From: a virus
Virus record (IMG/VR): IMGVR_UViG_3300032240_003128
Strand: one strand, 5' to 3'
Length of the DNA stretch: 64,000 nt
Below, piece by piece: positions 33,294 to 42,974 of the stretch. The translations under genes and the position numbers were made by a program. How positions within the stretch are numbered: the first letter of the stretch is position 1; every line of letters starts with the position of its first letter. A model generated the notes under the pieces. That model was given only the letters and a program-made list of their open reading frames with translations, made no database searches and was not told the DNA's origin.

Positions 33294-33308
33294 GACTATT
33301 ATATAGTT

Positions 33309-33665
33309 ATGAATAATACAGAACTGCATATGTACGAAAATCATCACACCTATGATTTAATGTTGCCTAAACCGGCATACAAAAATCTTACAATCATCAA
33401 GCCGAAAAGTAAATTTTTTGCTGATAAAAGTTTTCTAGAATATGTAAAAGTTGGAATGATTCGATATATCGGACCACACAAACCGGAGGTAATCGTGGAA
33501 CACAAGCTCATTCTTGACCAACCGCCTATTGTTACCAACGAAGGTAAGGTTGAACATGTTGCAGCAGGTAAGAAGAAGATTTTGAAGGAAGGCGAAGGCG
33601 AAAAGCTTGACGAAGTCCTTCTTGTCGAAAGTCCTTCTGCCGGAATTAAAATTATTACTGATTGA
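33309..33665 (+). CDS. Hypothetical protein
   Basis: Likely ATG at 33309, back-to-back with the previous gene. Confidence 0.6.
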   Translation: MNNTELHMYENHHTYDLMLPKPAYKNLTIIKPKSKFFADKSFLEYVKVGMIRYIGPHKPEVIVEHKLILDQPPIVTNEGKVEHVAAGKKKILKEGEGEKLDEVLLVESPSAGIKIITD

Positions 33666-34104
33666 ACTTAAGTTTTCTAAAATTAAGTACAAAACGATCT
33701 TTTTTTCCTTCTAAGCTTTTCATCATGTCCCTCAATTTGAGGGACAAAATTTTTGCATTTATCGGATTTTCAAGACATTCGGTATTTTCTACAGAAACAG
33801 TTTTGTGCAATCTATTGTAAAATCCCTTTGACATTGTAAAATGATCTTTTTCATGATTGTAAGCAATCATTCCTACCCATTCACCATCATCCCAATTTCT
33901 GGAAGCAACAATTAGTCTTAAAGGTTTTTCAGAAAACACAAGCTTTACATGATAATTCATTTTTTTCATTGCTGCGCTTATGTAGCCAAGCATTATTTTT
34001 GCATAAGATAAAAGGCAATCATCTTTTGTAGTATCAAAATTTACCTCAACAGAATATCTTGTATTCTGCGATCCTTCATTAAATCTTTGATTTTTATTAT
34101 CCAT
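33655..34104 (-). CDS. Hypothetical protein downstream of the neck gene
   Basis: Intact ORF 3 nt after the gp13-like stop. Confidence 0.6.
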   Translation of the reverse strand: MDNKNQRFNEGSQNTRYSVEVNFDTTKDDCLLSYAKIMLGYISAAMKKMNYHVKLVFSEKPLRLIVASRNWDDGEWVGMIAYNHEKDHFTMSKGFYNRLHKTVSVENTECLENPINAKILSLKLRDMMKSLEGKKDRFVLNFRKLKFNQ

Positions 34105-34107
34105 TTT

Positions 34108-34995
34108 TTATCCCATAGAAATATAAGGAATATCACCATATCTGGTAATCAATCTTTCTTCCCAATCTTTCTTTTCCTGTAACCCTTCTGTAATCAAATC
34201 TTTACCATCTAACTGAATACCGCCTTGCGCTCCCGGCAATGTAGTATATTTGCCTCTAATGCGACCAAGCATAATCTTTGCATGTGAAAGAGCACCTTCC
34301 TGCATCGCTTGATTGACTCTTTGCCAATCTTTATTCTTTTGTAAATAATGAACTATAACTGCATTTGAGCTTCTTGGAATTGGATAAAGCTTAATGTTTT
34401 GATAATCCCCAAGCCATTCCCAACCACCTAGATTACTAGCACTACGAGCATAAGTTCTTTCGTATTCTTTGTACAAACTCCATTCACCTACACGACCCCA
34501 GATAGGAGTTACGGAGTCAATCATACCACCTGTGATCGATGCATATGCACCACCGGGATAAAAGTATTCAATAGGAATTGCTCCACCTAAATCAGATGAA
34601 GAAAAACTAAATGTTGCCATTTGTTTGTAGAAAACATTTCTTACAAATCCAACATCAGGAGGCATTGTGTAAATGCTTTTACCGGGAATTGTATTGAAAA
34701 CATGATACTGAAAGAACTCTCTTGGAGCATAATCTTCATAAATTTGAAGTGCTAAATCTACGGCAGCATCTAGTTGTTGATCGTCTAATTCAATCGTAAC
34801 TACTGGTGCGCCAAGCATTAAGAGAATATAATCTCTTATTTGCGATTTGACTTTTGTTCTGTTGGGTCTTGGTGATAGCTGTCCTATGTCTAAAGGATCA
34901 GAAACACCAAGATTATAGTCATTGCTACTACAATTCATCGCCTCTGCTGTTGGGCGTTTGAAATACATCGTATTGTTTGAACAAGAATATGCCAT
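34108..34995 (-). CDS. gp13: Neck protein, T4 gp13-like
   Basis: IRDYILLMLGAPVVTIELDDQQLDAAVD and AKIMLGRIRGKY..LPG..GGIQLDG; likely start ATG 34995. Confidence 0.85.
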   Translation of the reverse strand: MAYSCSNNTMYFKRPTAEAMNCSSNDYNLGVSDPLDIGQLSPRPNRTKVKSQIRDYILLMLGAPVVTIELDDQQLDAAVDLALQIYEDYAPREFFQYHVFNTIPGKSIYTMPPDVGFVRNVFYKQMATFSFSSSDLGGAIPIEYFYPGGAYASITGGMIDSVTPIWGRVGEWSLYKEYERTYARSASNLGGWEWLGDYQNIKLYPIPRSSNAVIVHYLQKNKDWQRVNQAMQEGALSHAKIMLGRIRGKYTTLPGAQGGIQLDGKDLITEGLQEKKDWEERLITRYGDIPYISMG

Positions 34996-35034
34996 AATAG
35001 TATATATAATCATGATGTCAAATTGAGGAATAAC

Positions 35035-37170
35035 ATGAAACTTTTTAGTGAATATTACGCTGGTCACATTAATCATAGTTTTTTTCTATTTGGTGATGAT
35101 GATATAAAATTTCTTGAACAATTCCCAACTGACTTGTGGAACAGAGCTATTAAAAGACGTTATTTTTACGATTTGCCTAACGCACTTTTGAAAAGAGAAG
35201 AAGCTAGAGAAAATCAAACATTATCAAATTTGACAGATTTGCAAGGCGAAGCTACTACTGCCAAGTATTACGAATTAATAAACATTGAAGCGCAAAGAAT
35301 AGAACAAAATTTAAGACGAGTTTACAATGCAACAAATGCAAGATCTCGTCACAGAATAAGCCAAATGGCTTATAATAGTGCCAAAAATCAAATAGATTCC
35401 ATGCTTGATCAAAGACAAGATAGAGGTGGGGTATGGATGAGGATAAGACCAGTAACAAGAAATTACGTTTTCGTTATAAAAGGTAGACACGGAGCAAAAG
35501 AAACAACTATCAGGAAAGTAAAATGTTATATTCCAGAACTTGTCAAGAGAATTGAAGGACCAAAGGGATCAAGCACAAAGGGTTATGATCTAAGCAAAAT
35601 ACAAAATTTTGAACCTTCTACTCCAGAAGAAGATCAAAATGGAGGATGGAGAACTTTAGGATTTTATTGCCCTCAAAAAGATGTGATAGTTGATAACTTG
35701 CAGTCATGGCTTGGCTATGGTTCTCAAGGATTGCTTGATGCGCCCGGAAGCATTGAAGATCAAGAAACTCATAGACGTAGATCTAGAGAAGAATATGTGT
35801 CAAACAAACAAGCTAGAGAAGAAATACTTGACGATACGATTTATAAGAATCCATTAAGAAATTATTATTCAAATTACATTAACAGGCTTAAAAGAATTCT
35901 TAGAGCAGAAGAAGACATTGATGATAATGAATTGGAAATTTTGTATAATAGATTTTCCAGAATGAACCCAGACGACGAAACCAGACATGCTTATAGAAGA
36001 GCTTTGCGTGGAAACTTTCCAGATCGATTAGAAGAAATCGTAGGCACTACTGAAGCACATGAATTGGATCACGATCAAATTATAGAAATGATTCAAGCAT
36101 GTGTTGGGGTAAACATGCCTTTTGAAAGAAATCTAGTTAATGCTTTAGCAGATATCGATTTGATAACACATAAAACACCGCATTATTTTGATGAAACAGA
36201 AGTTGACACGGAAGGAAAGCCAAGGAAATTTTATGTTGATCCTGAAACAAGTTCACAATACAGGGTGTCTACAAGACCAAGAACGCCAGAAGAAATTGGA
36301 TTGGGTAGAGCTGGAAATGTGCCTGAATTAAAACCGGGGAAAATTTTGTTTCACGTTGAAACAGTAAGAAGAAAATTACAAGCAAAACTGGCTGACGCTC
36401 AAACAAGACTAGAAGAGTTGCGAGCAAATAGAGAAAGAATGACTTCAGAAAGAAATTTAGCCAGAAATGAAATTGCGATGGAAAGAGTTCAGAGTGAAAT
36501 CGACCAAATCGATGATTTAATTGCTGCTGACAGTCCTAACAACATATTTAATCTTCGTGGTGTTGGTTATCATTACAACATGGGCGATGTGCTAGAAAAT
36601 CCAAATATTTCTCCCGCAGGAAGATCAAGGCAAAAAATATTTTTGCAGTTTGATAATGAAGCACAAATTCCAAGCATATTAGACAAAAGAGACAGAGTGC
36701 TGGGTGGAGGTATATATCCACAAAAAAATACACCTCAAGCAAAAGGACCAGCATCAAGCAATGTTGTAAACGCTACGACTATTTTAAACCATTATATCAA
36801 TGATGACAACAATTTAATTCCTATTATAGCAGATTTTATTAGTAAAAATTATGATGCAGATCTTAACATTCTGTTCAAAGTTTTTGCGAACAGCCAAGGC
36901 AATCCAACAGATAACCGTACTTACAGATCGTTTGTCGATCTTATTAAAGATCAATGTTTAAGAAATATTGGAATTTTTGACATCGATAATCCAAGTGATA
37001 TAGTCATGCAAAGATTGATAAAAAAGGTTATTTTGCACACTTGCAATCGTCTTGTAGAAAAAGAATTAGGCGATGCTGGGACTATTAGACAAAGACAAGG
37101 CGAAGATGCGAATGCTGGTGAAGTTAGAAGAAGAATAACAGATATGTTTAGAAAAACTGAACATCACTAA
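35035..37170 (+). CDS. Large hypothetical protein with capsid-targeting-like N-terminus (MKLFSEYY); possible ejected internal protein
   Basis: GAGG SD before ATG 35035; TATATA upstream; Arg/Glu-rich helical content. Confidence 0.6.
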   Translation: MKLFSEYYAGHINHSFFLFGDDDIKFLEQFPTDLWNRAIKRRYFYDLPNALLKREEARENQTLSNLTDLQGEATTAKYYELINIEAQRIEQNLRRVYNATNARSRHRISQMAYNSAKNQIDSMLDQRQDRGGVWMRIRPVTRNYVFVIKGRHGAKETTIRKVKCYIPELVKRIEGPKGSSTKGYDLSKIQNFEPSTPEEDQNGGWRTLGFYCPQKDVIVDNLQSWLGYGSQGLLDAPGSIEDQETHRRRSREEYVSNKQAREEILDDTIYKNPLRNYYSNYINRLKRILRAEEDIDDNELEILYNRFSRMNPDDETRHAYRRALRGNFPDRLEEIVGTTEAHELDHDQIIEMIQACVGVNMPFERNLVNALADIDLITHKTPHYFDETEVDTEGKPRKFYVDPETSSQYRVSTRPRTPEEIGLGRAGNVPELKPGKILFHVETVRRKLQAKLADAQTRLEELRANRERMTSERNLARNEIAMERVQSEIDQIDDLIAADSPNNIFNLRGVGYHYNMGDVLENPNISPAGRSRQKIFLQFDNEAQIPSILDKRDRVLGGGIYPQKNTPQAKGPASSNVVNATTILNHYINDDNNLIPIIADFISKNYDADLNILFKVFANSQGNPTDNRTYRSFVDLIKDQCLRNIGIFDIDNPSDIVMQRLIKKVILHTCNRLVEKELGDAGTIRQRQGEDANAGEVRRRITDMFRKTEHH

Positions 37171-37766
37171 AAAGCAGGAGTGGTCTTGGTGGTTACACAA
37201 ACAACTTTGTAACCACCGGGAACATTCTCTATTTCTATTATTTCCCACCAGCGTTTTGAATTATTTTGTGGATATAAAACAGATCCTACAGTTAATTTTT
37301 CTAATTTTGTCCAAAATATTAATGTAAAATCATTAGCTGATAAAACTATAGATTCGAATGTAAATGTTTCCACATATCTAATTCTTACGGTAACTTCATC
37401 GTACAAATTGTCTTTCTTTTCTTCTTTCTTCGCCAAAGCGCAATATATGATTGTTTTATCAAATTCTTCAAATTCATTTTTTATTTGCGGCTGCGGCTTT
37501 GGAATCTCTTTAATTACAGGTGTTTCTTCAACAATAGGCTTAATTTCTTCTATAATTTCCTTTTTATGAATTATTATTTCTTCCTTTTTAGGTTCTGGTT
37601 CTTTTTTCAAACCAATAACCACATGAGGAATATTTGATTCCATTTTAAAATTTGCTAAATTTTTTAAATTATGGGTAGCAAATGTATCCCATTTTTCTTG
37701 TGAGATCATTAAACGATTAGGTCCATTTAATTTATAGACGCTTCCATCTTTTTTGTAAAGTGCCAT
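37167..37766 (-). CDS. Possible second head-completion (gp14-like) protein
   Basis: N-terminus MALYKKDGSVYKLNG resembles MTVYRPDGKPYCPTG of 38219; DNLYDE motif. Confidence 0.4.
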   Translation of the reverse strand: MALYKKDGSVYKLNGPNRLMISQEKWDTFATHNLKNLANFKMESNIPHVVIGLKKEPEPKKEEIIIHKKEIIEEIKPIVEETPVIKEIPKPQPQIKNEFEEFDKTIIYCALAKKEEKKDNLYDEVTVRIRYVETFTFESIVLSANDFTLIFWTKLEKLTVGSVLYPQNNSKRWWEIIEIENVPGGYKVVCVTTKTTPAF

Positions 37767-37801
37767 GACTATATATCTATTAGAGAAAAGAAGGAGAATT
37801 T

Positions 37802-38209
37802 ATGGCTCTTGTAATTCCTAACGCTAGCGAAGTAAAATTGTTGAATAATTTACTTAACATTTCGGCTCCTACAAACACAATTTTGCATCTTTATTCAAAC
37901 AATTTAACTCCAAGTTCAACAACGGTCATTGGAGATGTAACTGAAACTGCCTCTGGCGGTTATGCAGCAATTACTTTAACTTCCTCTAGTTGGACAGTAG
38001 CAACTTCTGGTGGAGGAATAACAACTGCAAGTTATGCAGAACAAACATTCAATATCACTACAAGTGCAACAATTTACGGCTATTATATCACTAATTTGGC
38101 TGGTGATTTACTGTGGTTGGAACGATTTACTGCTGCTCCTTTCCAGTTACCGGGAAGTGGTGGTCAAGTTCTTATTACAAGCCAATTGTCTCTTAACAGC
38201 TGCGCATAA
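37802..38209 (+). CDS. Phage minor structural protein
   Basis: LHLYSNNLTP...GYAAITL..SSW...ASYAEQTF; AAGGAG SD; CTATATA upstream. Confidence 0.6.
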   Translation: MALVIPNASEVKLLNNLLNISAPTNTILHLYSNNLTPSSTTVIGDVTETASGGYAAITLTSSSWTVATSGGGITTASYAEQTFNITTSATIYGYYITNLAGDLLWLERFTAAPFQLPGSGGQVLITSQLSLNSCA

Positions 38210-38218
38210 AGGATTATT

Positions 38219-38755
38219 ATGACAGTATACAGACCAGATGGAAAGCCATATTGCCCAACAGGCAGTTTGCAACAATTTGATGATCAAAATCCAGCAAGAG
38301 ATTTATTTAACATTTATGATGAAGAAACTATTCGTTTAGGCGGATCTCCTTTATTTTATTATGAACTTTTTATTGACATAAATAATGTTGATCCTCTTTA
38401 TGTTGAGTCAAGAGCAAAAATATTCAGTCAAAATCCAATTCAATTGTGGTGTGTATACGAACCTGTTCCTTCGCAGAACATGCAAACAGCATTTGGCATA
38501 GATTCCCCTGATGAAATGACATTTGAATTAAATTATCGGGCAGTATTAAAAGCTGTCGGTCATCCTCCCAAAATAGGTAGCAGAATAAAAACTCCTTTTC
38601 TTAATGAAGACTGGGTAATTATAGAAAGAAAATTGGGAGAATTTAAACTATATAATGCATTGAGATTGCAACTTATCTGCCAGAGATTCCAAGAAGATAC
38701 GGTTAGTGGAACCTCTGTTGGCAAAACTGAAGATGCTGATTACAAAATCGTTTAG
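38219..38755 (+). CDS. gp14: Neck/head-completion protein, T4 gp14-like
   Basis: EETIRLGG..DPLYVE...AFGIDSPDEMTF...PKIGSRI; located near gp13/gp15-like genes. Confidence 0.65.
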   Translation: MTVYRPDGKPYCPTGSLQQFDDQNPARDLFNIYDEETIRLGGSPLFYYELFIDINNVDPLYVESRAKIFSQNPIQLWCVYEPVPSQNMQTAFGIDSPDEMTFELNYRAVLKAVGHPPKIGSRIKTPFLNEDWVIIERKLGEFKLYNALRLQLICQRFQEDTVSGTSVGKTEDADYKIV

Positions 38756-38763
38756 GAGTGAAA

Positions 38764-39528
38764 ATGAAGACTTTTTTTGAAATGTATAGCTTGATTCAAA
38801 ACAAGAAGCTAAGAGAGCAAGATGCAAGCATGGGTGGTCCTCCTCCCATGGGTGGTCCCGGTGGCGGTATGGGTGGTCCTCCTCCCATGGGTGGTCCCGG
38901 TGGTGGCATGGGTGGTCCTATGGGTGGCATGGGTGGTCCCGGTGGTGGCATGGGTGGACCTCCTCCCATGGGTGGACCCGGTGGTGGCATGGGTGGACCC
39001 GGTGGCGGACAACCTCAACAAAACAAAAACCAAAATGATAAACAATCTCCTGAAGATGAAGATGATGATTCAAATGTAGCTCCAAGCGAAGGTGGAGAAG
39101 ATGAAGAAACAATAGAATCTTCTATCGAAAAACTAAAAGATCAAGTTAAAAATATGAAATCAAAGGATGAAGATAAAGGTCAACAATATGAAGATCTTAT
39201 CAAGCAAATTGAAGATCTAGTTAGCAGTATTAATGGTGATGACGAAGACGAAGAAGAAGGGGAAGAAGGAGAAGATGAAGAAGGAGACGAAGAAGGAAAT
39301 AAAGGCAAAGAAAAGTCATCAAATGTAGGCGAAATGGGTGGTCCACCTATGGGCGGCATGGAAAACATGGGTGGTGATCAAGGCGGCGGTGGCGGTCAAA
39401 GCGGTGGAGACATGGGTGGAGGCTTTGGCGGCGGTATGGGTGGTGGCGGAATGGGCGGCGGCATGGGAGGCAGCGGCATGGGTGGCGGTGGCGGCACTGG
39501 TATGGGCGGCGGCTACGGCGGCGTTTAA
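38764..39528 (+). CDS. Gly/Met/Pro-rich low-complexity protein with acidic helical core
   Basis: MKTFFEM...LRE leader; (MGGPPP/MGGPGGG)n; acidic tracts; GGM tail. Confidence 0.75.
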   Translation: MKTFFEMYSLIQNKKLREQDASMGGPPPMGGPGGGMGGPPPMGGPGGGMGGPMGGMGGPGGGMGGPPPMGGPGGGMGGPGGGQPQQNKNQNDKQSPEDEDDDSNVAPSEGGEDEETIESSIEKLKDQVKNMKSKDEDKGQQYEDLIKQIEDLVSSINGDDEDEEEGEEGEDEEGDEEGNKGKEKSSNVGEMGGPPMGGMENMGGDQGGGGGQSGGDMGGGFGGGMGGGGMGGGMGGSGMGGGGGTGMGGGYGGV

Positions 39529-40190
39529 AGGTTTAATTCCATCCAGTTTTTAGGATGCCAGTTGGATTTATTTTTGTATAAATCCAACTGGTGATAATAC
39601 TCAACAACTCTTTTTGTAGGTTCTTGATACCAATTTTGTTCAGTTATTTTTCTAAATGAATTGTCTGGATGAAATAAAATAGTATTTTCTGGCTCATGCT
39701 TCCATAACAAGTAATCTTCTGCTCCAATCCCCCATTGCTTCCATCTTTGCAATCCTTCTAAAGTATAATCTTTATTTTTTATTTCAATAAGCTTTGCCTT
39801 ATATTTTAATATGTATTCATACTTATACAATCCAATAGACATTGCTGGAGATGTTTTTAAAGCAGCTTTTACAGGATTTTTTGATAAAACAGCATATAAA
39901 AGATTTTTAAAATTTTCGCCAACTTTGCAGGTATCATGAATAAGAAACCAATAATCTGATTGCAATTCATTTTCAGCAATATCAATTAAAGGTGTGTATT
40001 CAAAAGAATTGTGATCAAGTAGAATAGTTTCAATTCCATTTTCTGACTTTTTCTCTCTCTGATTAAATCCACCATTAAACACTAATATGTCGTTCTGATC
40101 AATTCCAGACGCTAATAAAGTTTCAACAATAACAGGTATAGTTTTGTTGCAAAAGTTAATATTTGTGGCAATAGCAATTTTAATTTTCAT
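39525..40190 (-). CDS. Glycosyltransferase-like protein (GT-A fold, tentative)
   Basis: IAIATN; HNSFEY; YWFLIHDTC; adjacent to a GT2 gene. Confidence 0.45.
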   Translation of the reverse strand: MKIKIAIATNINFCNKTIPVIVETLLASGIDQNDILVFNGGFNQREKKSENGIETILLDHNSFEYTPLIDIAENELQSDYWFLIHDTCKVGENFKNLLYAVLSKNPVKAALKTSPAMSIGLYKYEYILKYKAKLIEIKNKDYTLEGLQRWKQWGIGAEDYLLWKHEPENTILFHPDNSFRKITEQNWYQEPTKRVVEYYHQLDLYKNKSNWHPKNWMELNL

Positions 40191-40194
40191 AAAT

Positions 40195-40863
40195 TCACCA
40201 AGGTTTGCTAATTTTTTTCATTAATTCTATTTCTCTGCTTTTATGAACAGAAGTACTTTCCATATGATATACAATGTTATTTGTTATTATGCAAGCTCCT
40301 TCATATTTCTTTTGATTTTCTATGTAAATAAAATCATCACCATACATGATATTGCCATGTAATTCTGGAATTTCTTTCCAATCTTTTGTTCTTCCTAACA
40401 TAAACCAACCTTGTTTTATTTCTTCAGGATATTTTTTAATTTCATAAGAAATGTTGGCTTTAAATTTATTGTTTTGCATTTCTTTTATTATTTCATTATG
40501 ATTATACGAAATCTTTGTTTTCACTGTTGATAAATTAATATTTTCATTTTTTTCTAGTAAATTTATTATACTTCCAATAAGATCTGTGTGAAAAAATATA
40601 TCATCGTTTATCAAAGCGTAATATTTAGATTTTACTAATTTCATGCCGTAATTCCAAGCAGGATTTACAAACAAATTTGGTTGGTCATGAATAATATGAA
40701 TTTTTTTTAAATTTTTGTATTTAGGGGAAAACTTATCTTCTAGGGCATTGTTTATTATGATTACTTTTTCTATGCTTTTTGATTTTTCATATCGAGGGAT
40801 CATAAAATTGATTGCAGCTTCAGCAAGTTGCAAAGTGGGAATAATAATTGTGCAACTGCTCAT
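40195..40863 (-). CDS. Glycosyltransferase family 2-like
   Basis: IIIPT; IIINN; NLFVNPAWNYG; LINDDI; YGDDF. Confidence 0.8.
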   Translation of the reverse strand: MSSCTIIIPTLQLAEAAINFMIPRYEKSKSIEKVIIINNALEDKFSPKYKNLKKIHIIHDQPNLFVNPAWNYGMKLVKSKYYALINDDIFFHTDLIGSIINLLEKNENINLSTVKTKISYNHNEIIKEMQNNKFKANISYEIKKYPEEIKQGWFMLGRTKDWKEIPELHGNIMYGDDFIYIENQKKYEGACIITNNIVYHMESTSVHKSREIELMKKISKPW

Positions 40864-41705
40864 TTTACGCCTTTTTTTGTTTTATTAAGTTTTTTGTAAT
40901 TTACTAATTTGTAGCGTAGTTTACCCTTTATAACAGGGCAAGCTACAATTTTATCCAAAAACTCATCAACGCCTTCAATGCCTTTCTTTTCAAATATCAT
41001 TTTAAGTTGTTTGTATTTATCATCAAATTCTTGATTCAAATTATCTTTCCAAACATTTTTAGCAATTTTTCTTCTATTGTTGAAAACGATATCATTTCTT
41101 TTTTCTCTTTTGCTTTTTATAGCAGCTGGCATTTCTTCAATGTCATATGCAACTTTTTTTGGTAGAATGAAAATTTGTGCATAAGGTCTTCCTTTTTGGA
41201 ATATTTGCTGCTGTCCTTCTAATGGGGATTTAAAAACAACGAAGAAAATACTGCTCCAGAATTCTCCTTGAATGTGACCGGGAACTGCACAAGGTGTACT
41301 CCAAGTTGTGTCTGTGTAGAAGCTTGGATGTGGTTCTACACGAATGATATGATCTGGTGGAGGCTGAATGTCTAAACTTGACGTGAATCCATAGTGACCA
41401 TCTGCAAATAATCCAAACGGTGGAATATTAGAATATTTAGCTGTTAACTTTTCTTTAGACCAATCACCTTCAAAAACAATTTTTCCTTTAATGTTTTTGA
41501 CGATAGTGGTTGTTTCAAAATGATATATCAATTCTAAGCCATATGTGCTTCCATCAACAAATGGCAAGCAATGAAAAGGCTGCGCCTTACTTCCGTTTCC
41601 ATGATCATTTGACTCTCCCGCAAAACCGGGAATTTCAATCTTGATTTTACGGGGACCAATGCTGCCACCGTAAGTTCTATACAAAACTTTAGTTTTATTT
41701 TCCAT
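40860..41705 (-). CDS. DUF6065-like protein (dUTPase-like beta fold, tentative)
   Basis: FHCLPFVDGSTYGLEL...PGHIQGEFW...FQKGRPYAQI. Confidence 0.5.
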   Translation of the reverse strand: MENKTKVLYRTYGGSIGPRKIKIEIPGFAGESNDHGNGSKAQPFHCLPFVDGSTYGLELIYHFETTTIVKNIKGKIVFEGDWSKEKLTAKYSNIPPFGLFADGHYGFTSSLDIQPPPDHIIRVEPHPSFYTDTTWSTPCAVPGHIQGEFWSSIFFVVFKSPLEGQQQIFQKGRPYAQIFILPKKVAYDIEEMPAAIKSKREKRNDIVFNNRRKIAKNVWKDNLNQEFDDKYKQLKMIFEKKGIEGVDEFLDKIVACPVIKGKLRYKLVNYKKLNKTKKGVK

Positions 41706-41750
41706 ATGCTAATTGAGTAAAAATACAATCAAACAAGACTAAATAATTTT

Positions 41751-42749
41751 ATGCTACCTATAGGTCCGAATCCAAACCAATATGAAAAACAAATAAATCC
41801 TTGCCCAGATGCAAGTTTACTAGGAAGATCTAATAATCAAGATCCACCTCCCGGCATGGATTGTCATATTCAACCAGATAATCAAAACAATGTTGGAGAC
41901 AACGGTGCTGCTGATTGGCTTAGAGATAATTTTGTCAACAACTTAGGAAATGGCGCAGCTAATAATTGCGATCCAATGCAAGCTGGCAAAATTATCAATG
42001 ATATAACAAGCGATACCAATCAAAATACAATCTATAGATATTCAAAAGCCCTCAGAGGAACTGATGAAGGCATAATGGATCTTTTCAGAAACATAGTTGT
42101 TATTGATGAAGACGGTAAGGCACATCCAGTTCCAATCATATGGGCAACTCAAGAAAGAGCAGTAGCAGCAATTTTACAACAAAATGTTCGCAAAGATGAA
42201 ACATTAGTTGTTGATAGAATAAGACTACCAATGCTCGCAGTAAGTGCTACAGGATATGAATTTGATGTAAAAAGATATACTTATCATCAAGCATTAAACT
42301 ATGTTGAAGCGTATACAGGAAATTCTCCACAAAAAGTTCCGAAATATGGTAATAGAGAGACATTGTTTGGGGTTGCTAGAGGTATACCAATAAATATTGC
42401 TTATACTCTTTACGCATGGACGATGCAATTAGAAGATATGAACCAAATATTCGAGCAAATAGTTACAAAATTTAGTTTGGTTGCATACCTAAAAGTAAGG
42501 GGAATTTTACAAGAAGTGATTGTAAGGCTTGATTCAATTGCTAGTAATCTTGAAACAGAGCCGGGAGATGCCAAACTTAGAATTGTTAAATTTCAATTTA
42601 ATTTAACAGCGGAAACTTTTGTGCCGATGCCTGCAAAACTTTACGATTCTTTGATCAAAGTAGTAAAAGCAGATCTTGTAAATTCCGTAGATGAATCGAA
42701 AATTACCGAAGTGTTAGCCAAAATTGAGGAGATAGCACCACAACCATGA
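41751..42749 (+). CDS. gp15: Tail terminator/sheath stabilizer, T4 gp15-like
   Basis: LFRNIVV...VPIIWATQER...RIRLPMLAVS..YEFD.KRY...PINIAYTLYAWT..EDMNQIFEQI; upstream of the sheath. Confidence 0.8.
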   Translation: MLPIGPNPNQYEKQINPCPDASLLGRSNNQDPPPGMDCHIQPDNQNNVGDNGAADWLRDNFVNNLGNGAANNCDPMQAGKIINDITSDTNQNTIYRYSKALRGTDEGIMDLFRNIVVIDEDGKAHPVPIIWATQERAVAAILQQNVRKDETLVVDRIRLPMLAVSATGYEFDVKRYTYHQALNYVEAYTGNSPQKVPKYGNRETLFGVARGIPINIAYTLYAWTMQLEDMNQIFEQIVTKFSLVAYLKVRGILQEVIVRLDSIASNLETEPGDAKLRIVKFQFNLTAETFVPMPAKLYDSLIKVVKADLVNSVDESKITEVLAKIEEIAPQP

Positions 42750-42973
42750 TAGAAATAACAAATGTTTGCAAGCATCCTGTTCAACTAGTAATAAAGAGTA
42801 AAAAAAAGGTAAATTCTTTTACAACTTTAAATATACCCGGCTTAGGTTCTAAAAAAAATATTTATAATTTAGAAGATGAAAGGTCTACTGCATATATAGA
42901 AAGAGTAGAAAAAATGGGTCTTATCAAAACTAGATATGTACCAAATAATATTTTGACTGAGGGAGAAAAGTAA
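42746..42973 (+). CDS. Small protein between tail terminator and sheath
   Basis: ATGA-coupled ORF in the tail operon. Confidence 0.65.
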   Translation: MIEITNVCKHPVQLVIKSKKKVNSFTTLNIPGLGSKKNIYNLEDERSTAYIERVEKMGLIKTRYVPNNILTEGEK

Positions 42974-42974
42974 A

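Noticed and set aside
38796-39553. Several overlapping short ORFs, or a foreign GC-rich insertion
   Set aside because: Explained by the Gly/Pro/Met codons of one gene, which shares the window's CCWGG avoidance.
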